Assembly (NCBI GenBank): GCA_036513415.1
Contig: DATBZA010000032.1
Span: forward strand, 2,985 to 66,984
Direction of reading: 5' to 3'
DNA: 64,000 bases
Origin: Myxococcales bacterium
Lineage (GTDB): Bacteria; Myxococcota; Myxococcia; Myxococcales; 40CM-4-68-19
In this document: positions 56,326 through 64,000 of the stretch, one piece after another
How the letters are laid out: each line of letters begins with the position of its first letter
Numbering within the stretch: the stretch's first letter is position 1
Made by a program: the position numbers and the translations under genes
Notes under the pieces: model-generated
The model's database searches: none
The model's input: the letters and a program-made list of their open reading frames with translations, nothing else
What the model was told of the DNA's origin: nothing

Positions 56326-57789
56326 TTATGCCGGGACGGGCACGGTGGCGGCGGGATCGAGTTGCTGCTGCGGGAACTCGACCAAAGGTGGACCCTTCCA
56401 GCGCCGCAACTCCGCCGATCCGGAGGTCACCGCCACGTGCGGGAAGCCGTCGCTCGAGCGGCCGGGCGTCCAGGAGCCGAGATTGAAATAGAGGGTGCCG
56501 TTCCCGACGGGCTCGGCCATCGCACGGTGGCTGTGGCCCATCACGATGTACTTCACGTCGAAGATCTGCGCGACACGCCGCGCTGCCTCTTGCAACATGG
56601 GGTGCGCGTCGGTCCGGCGGCGCTTGCGCAAGAGCGCGTTCAGGGCGGCGAAGATGATCCCGACGCAGGTCAGCGCGCCGGCCTTCGCCCAGAACCCGTC
56701 CACCGCGTAGGTCAGGCTCCAGGCGGTGAGGAGGCTGGCGACCGCCAGCAGCATCCGGTCGAGGTAGAAGAGCTGCATCGAATCGAACAGGCTCTGCTCC
56801 GCCGGCTGGGACGCCGTCTCGGCGAGCTGCTGCGCCTGGTTGTCCGTGCCCTGGAATTTCGTGAGGAGCTGGCGCACGTGGGCGTTGCGGTCCACCTTGG
56901 GCGACAGGGCCTTGTCCGCCGCGCGCGCGAACGCCCGCGAAATCTTCAGGGACTGCCGGACCATCGGGTAGATGACGCGGAAGACCATCACGAAGTAGTC
57001 GGCGGCGACGCGCAGCGGGTTCCCCGCCTTGAGCACCCAGTCCAGGTACTCCTTCAAGCCCCAGGTATCCACGTCGTCAGCGAGGTCGACCTGTTCGGTG
57101 TAACGGTTCACGAAGTAACGCAACACCTTCGAGCTGAGCGGAAGCTCGATCTCGGTGTCGTCGTTGTGCGCGGAGAAGAAGTCGGTCTGGACCGAGTAGT
57201 GGTCGTGCGCATGCCCGTGCTCAGCATAGAAGAAGCCGGGCTCCAGGTAGAACCAGTCGTGAAATTCGACTAGCCTGTCGATTTTCCGACGGGGGGCGCC
57301 GCTGCGCTCGGCGAGAATCCGGCGGAATTCCTCCTGGACCGCGGGCCAGCGCCATTCAGAATCGTGATTCCCACGGATGATGTGAAGGGAATTTCCCCTG
57401 TGGACAAAAAGGGCGAGCGCGTCAAAGACCGTGGGGTGACGCTCGGCCGTGCGCCGCAGCTTCCAGACGCATTTCGGCTCGGTGGGAGCGAGGCCCAGCG
57501 CGCGCTCCTCCGTTGAAATCTCGAAAGGAACCGGCTCCTTCGGAACCAAGGTGACGGCGACGAAATCGACGATGTCCCCGTTCAGGATCAGGCGCCAGGG
57601 CTTGCCATCTTCGCGGTGGGTGGCGTGATAGCTGAGGAAGGAGGCCAGCGGCCCGTCGGTCGGCCGCGGCTTGTCGAGCTTGTTCCCGGCGCGGAGGTCG
57701 CAACCCAGGTGCAGGTCCGAGATGGCGAGCAGGTTGTGAGGCCGCTCCGAAAGCGACCTGACCCTCCGCCACATCCGCCCGAGTCCCAT
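56326..57789 (-). CDS. Calcineurin-like metallophosphoesterase with membrane insertion
   Basis: SDLHLG, NGDIVD, GNHD, EHGH, GHSH motifs. Confidence 0.85.
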   Translation of the reverse strand: MGLGRMWRRVRSLSERPHNLLAISDLHLGCDLRAGNKLDKPRPTDGPLASFLSYHATHREDGKPWRLILNGDIVDFVAVTLVPKEPVPFEISTEERALGLAPTEPKCVWKLRRTAERHPTVFDALALFVHRGNSLHIIRGNHDSEWRWPAVQEEFRRILAERSGAPRRKIDRLVEFHDWFYLEPGFFYAEHGHAHDHYSVQTDFFSAHNDDTEIELPLSSKVLRYFVNRYTEQVDLADDVDTWGLKEYLDWVLKAGNPLRVAADYFVMVFRVIYPMVRQSLKISRAFARAADKALSPKVDRNAHVRQLLTKFQGTDNQAQQLAETASQPAEQSLFDSMQLFYLDRMLLAVASLLTAWSLTYAVDGFWAKAGALTCVGIIFAALNALLRKRRRTDAHPMLQEAARRVAQIFDVKYIVMGHSHRAMAEPVGNGTLYFNLGSWTPGRSSDGFPHVAVTSGSAELRRWKGPPLVEFPQQQLDPAATVPVPA

Positions 57790-57859
57790 CGGTATACGCC
57801 CCCTCCCTTGCAGGGAACGTATGAGCAAGCCTCATGCCGTAACTGGGAAAGAGGGCGAC

Positions 57860-58048
57860 GCTTCAGATCAAACGCCGAGCACGCCGAGCACGCCGAGGTG
57901 GAAACGTCGTCTCGAGAAATCACTTTTGGGGTTGGGTCGGTGGTAGCCCCGACCCATCGGAGCAACTCCGAGGCCGCGGTTGGCGAGATGATCACAACCC
58001 CCCCAACCTCGGCGTGCTCGGCGTGCTCGGCGTTTGAAAGGAAGGATC
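57860..58048 (+). repeat. Non-coding element A4
   Basis: Begins gcttcagatcaa; perfect 32-bp inverted arms 57868-57899 / 58006-58037 identical to A3 arms. Confidence 0.9.
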
Positions 58049-58066
58049 AGACTACTTTTCAGGGAG

Positions 58067-59212
58067 TCAGATTTGTTTCTCGTAGACGCGGTAGGTCTTG
58101 TACTTGCGGGCGCCCATGCGTTCGATGCCGCGGTTGATCATGACGTTGTCTTCGAGGGTCCAGGAGAGCTCGCCGCCCAGGTAGCCGCGGGCGGCGCCGC
58201 GGCGCGCGACCTCTACGTAGAGGACGGCGGCCAGGGTGCCGTAGCGGTGCGAGGCGCGGTATTCCTCCTTGACGCCGAGGAGGAGCAGGCGGGCGTGCTT
58301 GGGGCGGTTGAACTTCAGGCGCCAGAGCAGCCGGGCCAGGTTCAGAGGGCGGCGCATCAGCTCGCCGTCGAAGTCCTTCACCATCTCGTTTACGTCGGGT
58401 ATGGCGAAGCACATCGCGGCGGGGTTGCCGTCCACCTCGGCGACCAGGGCGATCTCGGGGTCGACAAACATCTTGTATTCGGTGGCGATGATCGCCAGCT
58501 CGTCGGAAGTGAACGGCGTGAAGTTCCAGTTCTGTGACCAGGCGGAGTTGTACACGTCGCGGACGATGTCCACCTCCCGCCGGAACTGGGCGAGGTCCAT
58601 CGGGCGCACGCGCACGTTGGGGAGCTGCAGGGTGCGGTCGGCGATCCTCTTGGTGCGCTCGTCGATGTGTCCGGACGTGTACCACCAGGCGTAGAAGTCC
58701 TTTGCCTTGGCGAGGCCGGCGGACTCGATCAGTGGGCCGACGTAGGGGCGGTTGTGCGGCATGCCGATCCGGGGCGGCGTGTCGAAGCCGTCGATCAGCA
58801 CGCCCACCTCGCCCTTGGAGTCGAGGGTGAATGGACCGCGCAAGCGGGTGCGGCCCTTCGAGCGGGCCCAGGCCCCGGCGGCGTCGAAGAGGGCACTCGC
58901 GACGGCCGGGTCGTTCCGGCTGTCGAAGAAGCCGAAGAACCCGACTCCCTTTTCGTCTGGCCACTGCTTGTCGAAATCGGCGTCGGTCTGGGCCGAGATC
59001 CTCCCCACCGGGTCACCGTCCTGGAAGGCGAGAAAGCACTTCACCTCGCCGTGCTTGAGGAAGGGGCTCTTTTTCGGATTCAGCGAGCGCCGGTAGTCGT
59101 CGAGGAGAGGAGGGATCCAGTTCGGGTCCGACTTCATGCCCAGCGTCCAAGGGATGTGCAGGAAGACCTCAAGATCGTTCTTCGTCTCGACGGGGCGGAT
59201 CTCGAGCGGCAT
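58067..59212 (-). CDS. YghO-like GNAT-fold protein
   Basis: DPNWIPPL, VGRISA, GFFGFF, LRGPF, ELSWTLEDN, YKTYRVY. Confidence 0.82.
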   Translation of the reverse strand: MPLEIRPVETKNDLEVFLHIPWTLGMKSDPNWIPPLLDDYRRSLNPKKSPFLKHGEVKCFLAFQDGDPVGRISAQTDADFDKQWPDEKGVGFFGFFDSRNDPAVASALFDAAGAWARSKGRTRLRGPFTLDSKGEVGVLIDGFDTPPRIGMPHNRPYVGPLIESAGLAKAKDFYAWWYTSGHIDERTKRIADRTLQLPNVRVRPMDLAQFRREVDIVRDVYNSAWSQNWNFTPFTSDELAIIATEYKMFVDPEIALVAEVDGNPAAMCFAIPDVNEMVKDFDGELMRRPLNLARLLWRLKFNRPKHARLLLLGVKEEYRASHRYGTLAAVLYVEVARRGAARGYLGGELSWTLEDNVMINRGIERMGARKYKTYRVYEKQI

Positions 59213-59297
59213 CGTGGGCGCGGAACCTAGCACAGCGAAGCATTGCGGCGACGCGGTCCGCGTGTTACGCGAAAGCCTTTTCTCGTCCGGGCCTTGG

Positions 59298-62156
59298 ATG
59301 GACTACAGAGACAGCGTTCACCTGCCGAAGACCGACTTTCCGATGCGCGCCGCGCTCAGCGAGCGCGAGCCGGCGCAGGTCAAGGCATGGGAAGACGAAA
59401 AGGTCTACGACAAGCTGCTGGAGAAGAACGCCAGCGCGCCGAAGTTCGTCTTCCACGACGGCCCGCCGTACGCCAACGGCCCCATCCACCAGGGCCACTT
59501 CCTCAACAAGATCCTCAAGGACCTGGTCTGCAAGTACCACCTCATGGCCGACCACCTGACCGACTTCGTGCCGGGTTGGGACTGCCACGGCCTCCCCATC
59601 GAGCGGCAGGTGGACAAGCAACTCGGCCCGAAGAAGCGGGAGATGAGCGTCGGCGAGTTCCGCCGCGCCTGCCGCAAGTACGCAGAGGAGCAGATCGACC
59701 TGCAGCGGAAGGATTTCAAGCGTCTGGGGATCTTCGCCCGCTGGGACCACCCCTACAAGACGATGGATTTCCGCTACGAGGCGGACATCGTACGCGAGCT
59801 GTCGAAGTTCGCCCGCCGCGGCGCGCTCTACCGCCGCAAGCGGCCGGTGCACTGGTGCTTCACCGACGTCACCGCGCTCGCCGAAGCAGAGGTCGAATAC
59901 GCGGACAAGACCAGCCCCTCCATCTACGTCCGCTTTCCGGTCACCTCGGGAGGGCCCGAAGGATGGGGCCTCGCCATCTGGACCACGACGCCCTGGACCA
60001 TCCCGGCGAACCTGGCCATTACCGCCAATCCGGACCTGGAGTACGTCGCGTACGATCTGCCACGCCACGGCGTCACGGTCGTTGCCAAGGACCTGCTCCA
60101 TGCCTTCTTGAAGGAGTGCGCGCCCGAGGAGCTAGCGCAGGCGTCCGACGCGCGCGGCGACGATCTGCTCTCCGCCGCGCGCGCCACCGGCGCCACCCTC
60201 AGGCACCCCGGACGGATCAAGAAGACGCTGCAGGGCAGCGAGCTCGAGGGCTGGAAGTACCGCCACCCGCTGGTCGCCCGGGAGAGCCCCGTGGTGATGG
60301 GCGCGCACGCGACCGCGGAGGCCGGCACAGGCCTCGTCCACACCGCGCCCGGCCACGGCGAGGACGACTTCAACATCGGCGTGCAGCTTGGGCTGCCGAT
60401 CTGGGCTCCGGTGGACGGCCTGGGGCGCTTCACCGGCGACGTCGGCATTCCCGGTCTCGCAGGCATGAAGGTCTTCGACGCCAACCCGAAGATCGTCGAG
60501 ATGCTCTCCTCGGCGGGCGCCTTGCTCAACGCCGGCGGAAAACCGGGGCAGATCCGCCACAGCTATCCTCACTGCTGGCGCTGCAAGAACCCGGTCATCT
60601 TCCGCGCGACCGACCAGTGGTGGATCGGCCTGGATCTCGAGATCGATCTGCCCGGACGCGCCCGCACCACCATCCGCAAGGCCGCGCTGGCCGCCATCGA
60701 CGAGATCGCCGCGCACGGCGGCTTCATCCCTGCCTGGGGCAAGGAGCGCATCCGCAGCATGGTGGAGGGCCGGCCCGACTGGTGCGTCTCGCGCCAGCGG
60801 GTCTGGGGCGTGCCCATTCCGGTCTTCTATTGCGGCAAGGATCGCGAGCCGCTGGTCTCGCCGGAAGTGATGGAACACGTCGCGGGCATTTTCGACAAGG
60901 AAGGCGCCGACGCATGGTTCGACCGCTCCGTGCGTGACCTGCTGCCGTCGCCGGCTCCGCGCTGTGCGAAGTGTGGCGGCACCGAGTTCGAGAAGGAGAC
61001 CGACATCCTCGACGTCTGGTTCGACTCGGGGTCGTCGTTCGCTCCGGTCTTGGAGAGCGGCGTGTGGCCCACGCTGCGCTTTCCCGCCGACCTCTACCTG
61101 GAAGGGTCCGACCAGCACCGCGGCTGGTTCATGTCCTCCTTGATGATCGGCATCGGCACCCGGGGCCAGGCGCCTTACCGGAACGTGCTCACGCACGGCT
61201 TCCTGGTCGACGGCGAAGGCCGGAAGATGTCGAAGTCCCTGGGGAACGCCCCGGATCCGCAAGGCCTGTTGAAGAAATACGGTGCCGAGCTGATGCGCCT
61301 GTGGGTCGCCGGGTCGGACTACCGCGACGACATCGGCTTCTCCAACGCCATCGTCGAGACGCTCTCCGAGAGCTACCGGAAGATCCGCAACACGCTGCGC
61401 TACTGCCTCTCGCAGCTCCACGAATTCGATCCGCGGCGGGACACCACCACCGAGCTGCTCCCCATCGATCGCTGGGCGCTGTCCCGCTTCGAGCGGTACC
61501 GGGCAGCCGCGATCGAGGCGTACGACAAGTACGAGTTCCACAAGGTGTACCGGGCCACCGTCGAGCTCTGCGCAGTGGATCTCTCCGCCTTCTATTTCGA
61601 CGTCTTGAAGGACCGGACCTACTGCTCGGGCAAGCGCTGGCCTGAGCGGCGCGCTGCCCAGACGGTGCTGTACCGGATCGTGCGCGACCTGAGCCGCCTG
61701 CTCGCTCCCGCCCTGTCGTTCACGGCGGAGGAGGCCTGGAAGTACGTCCCCCGGCACGAGACCGGTAGCGTGTTCCTCGCGGGGTTCCCGCCACCGGACC
61801 CAGGCCTGGTGTCCGACTCGTTGGAGGAAGAATTCCGCGTGCTCCAGGGTCTACGGGAAGTGGTCAACCTGGCCCTCGAACAGAAGCGGGCCGCCAAGGA
61901 GCTCGGCAAGGCCACGGAGGCGGACGTGACCCTGACGGTCCCTCCCGGGATGGCAAGGGAGGTCGCCCAGCGTTACGAGAAGGAGCTGGCAGATCTCTTC
62001 CTCTGCGCGAGCGTTACGCTCCGTCCGGGGGAGACCGCTGCGGCCGAGGTGCGCAAGAGCCCGAACCGGCCGTGCGAGCGTTGCTGGCGGGCGCTCCCCG
62101 ACGTGGGAGAGAAGGGTTTGTGTGCGCGTTGTCAGCGCGCCGTGAGCGAGGGTTGA
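59298..62156 (+). CDS. ileS: Isoleucine-tRNA ligase
   Basis: DGPPYANG-HQGH, GWDCHGLP, WTTTPWT, KMSKS, C-terminal CERC...CARC. Confidence 0.97.
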   Translation: MDYRDSVHLPKTDFPMRAALSEREPAQVKAWEDEKVYDKLLEKNASAPKFVFHDGPPYANGPIHQGHFLNKILKDLVCKYHLMADHLTDFVPGWDCHGLPIERQVDKQLGPKKREMSVGEFRRACRKYAEEQIDLQRKDFKRLGIFARWDHPYKTMDFRYEADIVRELSKFARRGALYRRKRPVHWCFTDVTALAEAEVEYADKTSPSIYVRFPVTSGGPEGWGLAIWTTTPWTIPANLAITANPDLEYVAYDLPRHGVTVVAKDLLHAFLKECAPEELAQASDARGDDLLSAARATGATLRHPGRIKKTLQGSELEGWKYRHPLVARESPVVMGAHATAEAGTGLVHTAPGHGEDDFNIGVQLGLPIWAPVDGLGRFTGDVGIPGLAGMKVFDANPKIVEMLSSAGALLNAGGKPGQIRHSYPHCWRCKNPVIFRATDQWWIGLDLEIDLPGRARTTIRKAALAAIDEIAAHGGFIPAWGKERIRSMVEGRPDWCVSRQRVWGVPIPVFYCGKDREPLVSPEVMEHVAGIFDKEGADAWFDRSVRDLLPSPAPRCAKCGGTEFEKETDILDVWFDSGSSFAPVLESGVWPTLRFPADLYLEGSDQHRGWFMSSLMIGIGTRGQAPYRNVLTHGFLVDGEGRKMSKSLGNAPDPQGLLKKYGAELMRLWVAGSDYRDDIGFSNAIVETLSESYRKIRNTLRYCLSQLHEFDPRRDTTTELLPIDRWALSRFERYRAAAIEAYDKYEFHKVYRATVELCAVDLSAFYFDVLKDRTYCSGKRWPERRAAQTVLYRIVRDLSRLLAPALSFTAEEAWKYVPRHETGSVFLAGFPPPDPGLVSDSLEEEFRVLQGLREVVNLALEQKRAAKELGKATEADVTLTVPPGMAREVAQRYEKELADLFLCASVTLRPGETAAAEVRKSPNRPCERCWRALPDVGEKGLCARCQRAVSEG

Positions 62157-62788
62157 TGCAGAACGGCATTTCCAAGTGGAAGCTCCTCGCGCTGATCGCG
62201 GGCGTCTGGGTCGTCGCCGATCAGGTGACGAAGTACCTCGCGGTCGAGCATCTCACGGCGGCGTTCAGGGTGGCGCGGGCCCGCGCCTTCCCAGACAAGC
62301 TCCGCGCCTTCGTCGAGCAGAAGGACCTGCTGGAGCGCGGGCTGGCGGACCCTGTGCCGGTCACCATCGCACCTTTCTGGCAGCACCGATACACGCAGAA
62401 CCGCGGCGCCGCCTGGGGCGTCTTGTCGGGCGCGGGAGAACAGTTCCGGGTGCCGTTCTTCTACCTGGTCAGCATCGCGGCCGTGATCTTCATCTTCTCC
62501 TACTACCGGAAGCTGCGGACCGATCAGCGCTACCTCCAGGTCGCGCTCGCGCTGGTGCTCGGCGGCGCCATCGGGAACGCCCTGGATCGGGTGCTGCGCG
62601 GTTACGTGATCGACTTCATCGACTGGCACTGGTTCGATCCGAACTGGCTGCGGCCGGCGCTCCACTGGCCCACCTTCAACGTGGCGGACAGCGGAATCAG
62701 CGTGGGACTCGTGATGCTCTTCCTGGACATGCTGTTCGCGAAAAAGGCCGCCAAGGAACCCGCCGCGGCCGCCCCGAGGAAAGCCTGA
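62156..62788 (+). CDS. lspA: Lipoprotein signal peptidase II
   Basis: DQVTK, NRGAAWG, GAIGNALDR, VIDFI, FNVADS. Confidence 0.95.
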   Translation: MQNGISKWKLLALIAGVWVVADQVTKYLAVEHLTAAFRVARARAFPDKLRAFVEQKDLLERGLADPVPVTIAPFWQHRYTQNRGAAWGVLSGAGEQFRVPFFYLVSIAAVIFIFSYYRKLRTDQRYLQVALALVLGGAIGNALDRVLRGYVIDFIDWHWFDPNWLRPALHWPTFNVADSGISVGLVMLFLDMLFAKKAAKEPAAAAPRKA

Positions 62789-63852
62789 TGCTGCCGGTCC
62801 TCTTCACCCTGACGATTCCGCCCTCCCTGGGCATCGTGGTCTGGCTGGCGCTGTCCGTCGCGTCCGGCGCCTGGCAGGTCCGCACCGCGCGCGCCGCCGG
62901 CGAGAAAGGTCTGTGGAAGACCTTCGCTACCTGGACCGCGGGCACGGCAGTCGTTCTGTTCGCCGCGGTGAAGCTGCTCGGCGGACAGAACATCCTCCAC
63001 CTCGAGCGGCCGCTCGCGATCCCGGTGCACACCTACGGGATCCTGGTCGCGGCGGGGTTCCTGGTGGCCATGTCGCTGGCCGCGCGCGCGGCCGAGCGCA
63101 GTGGCCTGAACCGCGAGAAGGTGCTGGACCTGTCGTTCGGGATCTTGATCGCCGCGATGGTGGGCTCGCGGATCCTCTTCATCATCGTGAACTGGGACGA
63201 ATACGCGCACGACCTCCCGGGCATCTTCCAGTTCTGGAAGGGTGGCCTGGTCTTCTACGGCGGGTTCATCGGCGCGGTGCTGTTCTCCCTCTGGTACATG
63301 CGCCGCAACGAGATGCCGTTCCTCCAGTACGCCGACGCCATGGGGCCCACCGTCGCCATCGGGCAGGCCCTGGGTCGCCTCGGCTGCTTCGCAGCCGGAT
63401 GCTGCTGGGGCGGCGCCTGCGACGTGCACTACCCGTTGGCGGCACGTTTCCCGCCCGAGTCGCTCGCGTATCAATCGCAGGTGGCGGCGCGCGTGATCGA
63501 GGCTGGCGCCCCGAGCACCATCTCCATCCATCCGACGCAGCTGTACGAAGCGCTCGGGTGCGCGCTCATCTTCCTCTTCCTCACGTACTGGCGGCCCCGC
63601 AAGCGCTTCCACGGCGAGCTCCTGGCACTGTACCTCATGATGTACGCGCCGCTCCGCGCGCTGGTCGAGACGTTCCGCGGAGATGAGGAACGCGGCCGGG
63701 TGTTCAATTTCCTCGGCGGGTGGGCGCGGCACGCATGGTGGAACCTCTCTACCAGTGAGCTGATCAGCATCGGCATCTTCGCCGCGGGCCTGGCCATCTA
63801 CCTGACGCAGAGCCGCCGCGCGGCGGGAGCTTCAGTCCCCGCGGCGGCGTGA
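62788..63852 (+). CDS. lgt: Prolipoprotein diacylglyceryl transferase
   Basis: TYG, GGLVFYGG, GRLGCF, HPTQLYE. Confidence 0.94.
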   Translation: MLPVLFTLTIPPSLGIVVWLALSVASGAWQVRTARAAGEKGLWKTFATWTAGTAVVLFAAVKLLGGQNILHLERPLAIPVHTYGILVAAGFLVAMSLAARAAERSGLNREKVLDLSFGILIAAMVGSRILFIIVNWDEYAHDLPGIFQFWKGGLVFYGGFIGAVLFSLWYMRRNEMPFLQYADAMGPTVAIGQALGRLGCFAAGCCWGGACDVHYPLAARFPPESLAYQSQVAARVIEAGAPSTISIHPTQLYEALGCALIFLFLTYWRPRKRFHGELLALYLMMYAPLRALVETFRGDEERGRVFNFLGGWARHAWWNLSTSELISIGIFAAGLAIYLTQSRRAAGASVPAAA

Positions 63853-63866
63853 GGTAGACTTTCGAC

Positions 63867-64000
63867 GTGGCGTCGCCGATCGGGACCCAGCAGCTGCCTC
63901 AGGAGAAGTACGCCGAGGAGCTCACCGAGCTCGACGAGGCCATCGTCAACCTCCAGGTCCTCTACGAGAAGTATTTCCTCGGCATCGATCGCCGGCCGCC
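63867..64000 (+). CDS. Partial CDS, myxobacterial hypothetical protein (MXAN_5187 C-terminal-domain-like, from recall)
   Basis: GTG after GAGG; MASPIGTQQLPQEKYAEELTELDEAIVNLQVLYEKYFLGIDRRP; open at window end. Confidence 0.55.
   Translation, partial: MASPIGTQQLPQEKYAEELTELDEAIVNLQVLYEKYFLGIDRRP

Noticed and set aside
55709-58137. ORFs containing AEHAEHAE / SACSACSA peptides (55709-55894, 55722-55940, 57588-57995, 57616-58137)
   Set aside because: Translations of the 9-bp repeat arms of elements A3/A4, overlapping real genes; not supported as proteins.

Overview
High-GC bacterial chromosome segment, most consistent with a Myxococcota/deltaproteobacterial genome (inference from gene order and protein families). 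Content is mostly housekeeping: recQ (partial), radC, trxB, moaC, glmU-glmS, ugd/wecB sugar genes, the kdsB-pyrG-kdsA-kdsC-acyltransferase-lptCAB-rpoN-hpf-ptsN-hprK-rapZ cluster, purF, purL, purS-purQ, a Sua5-type gene, rimK-like, ileS-lspA-lgt, plus two tandem large secreted S8 proteases. The most striking feature is a GxxExxY-family (PD-(D/E)XK-like) nuclease gene inserted between glmS and ugd and bracketed by 42-bp inverted repeats (40/42 identical) built from a 9-bp periodic unit. Three ~180-bp non-coding elements elsewhere in the window (30675-30862, 55653-55833, 57860-58048) carry related arms and share a conserved, foldable interior, suggesting a nuclease-associated repeat/mobile-element system analogous to RAYT/REPIN or IS/MITE pairs. 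A second, unrelated GTAG-type REP-like family occurs 4-5 times, and there is a psuG pseudogene with a large internal deletion. All calls are by eye from sequence motifs; no searches were run.
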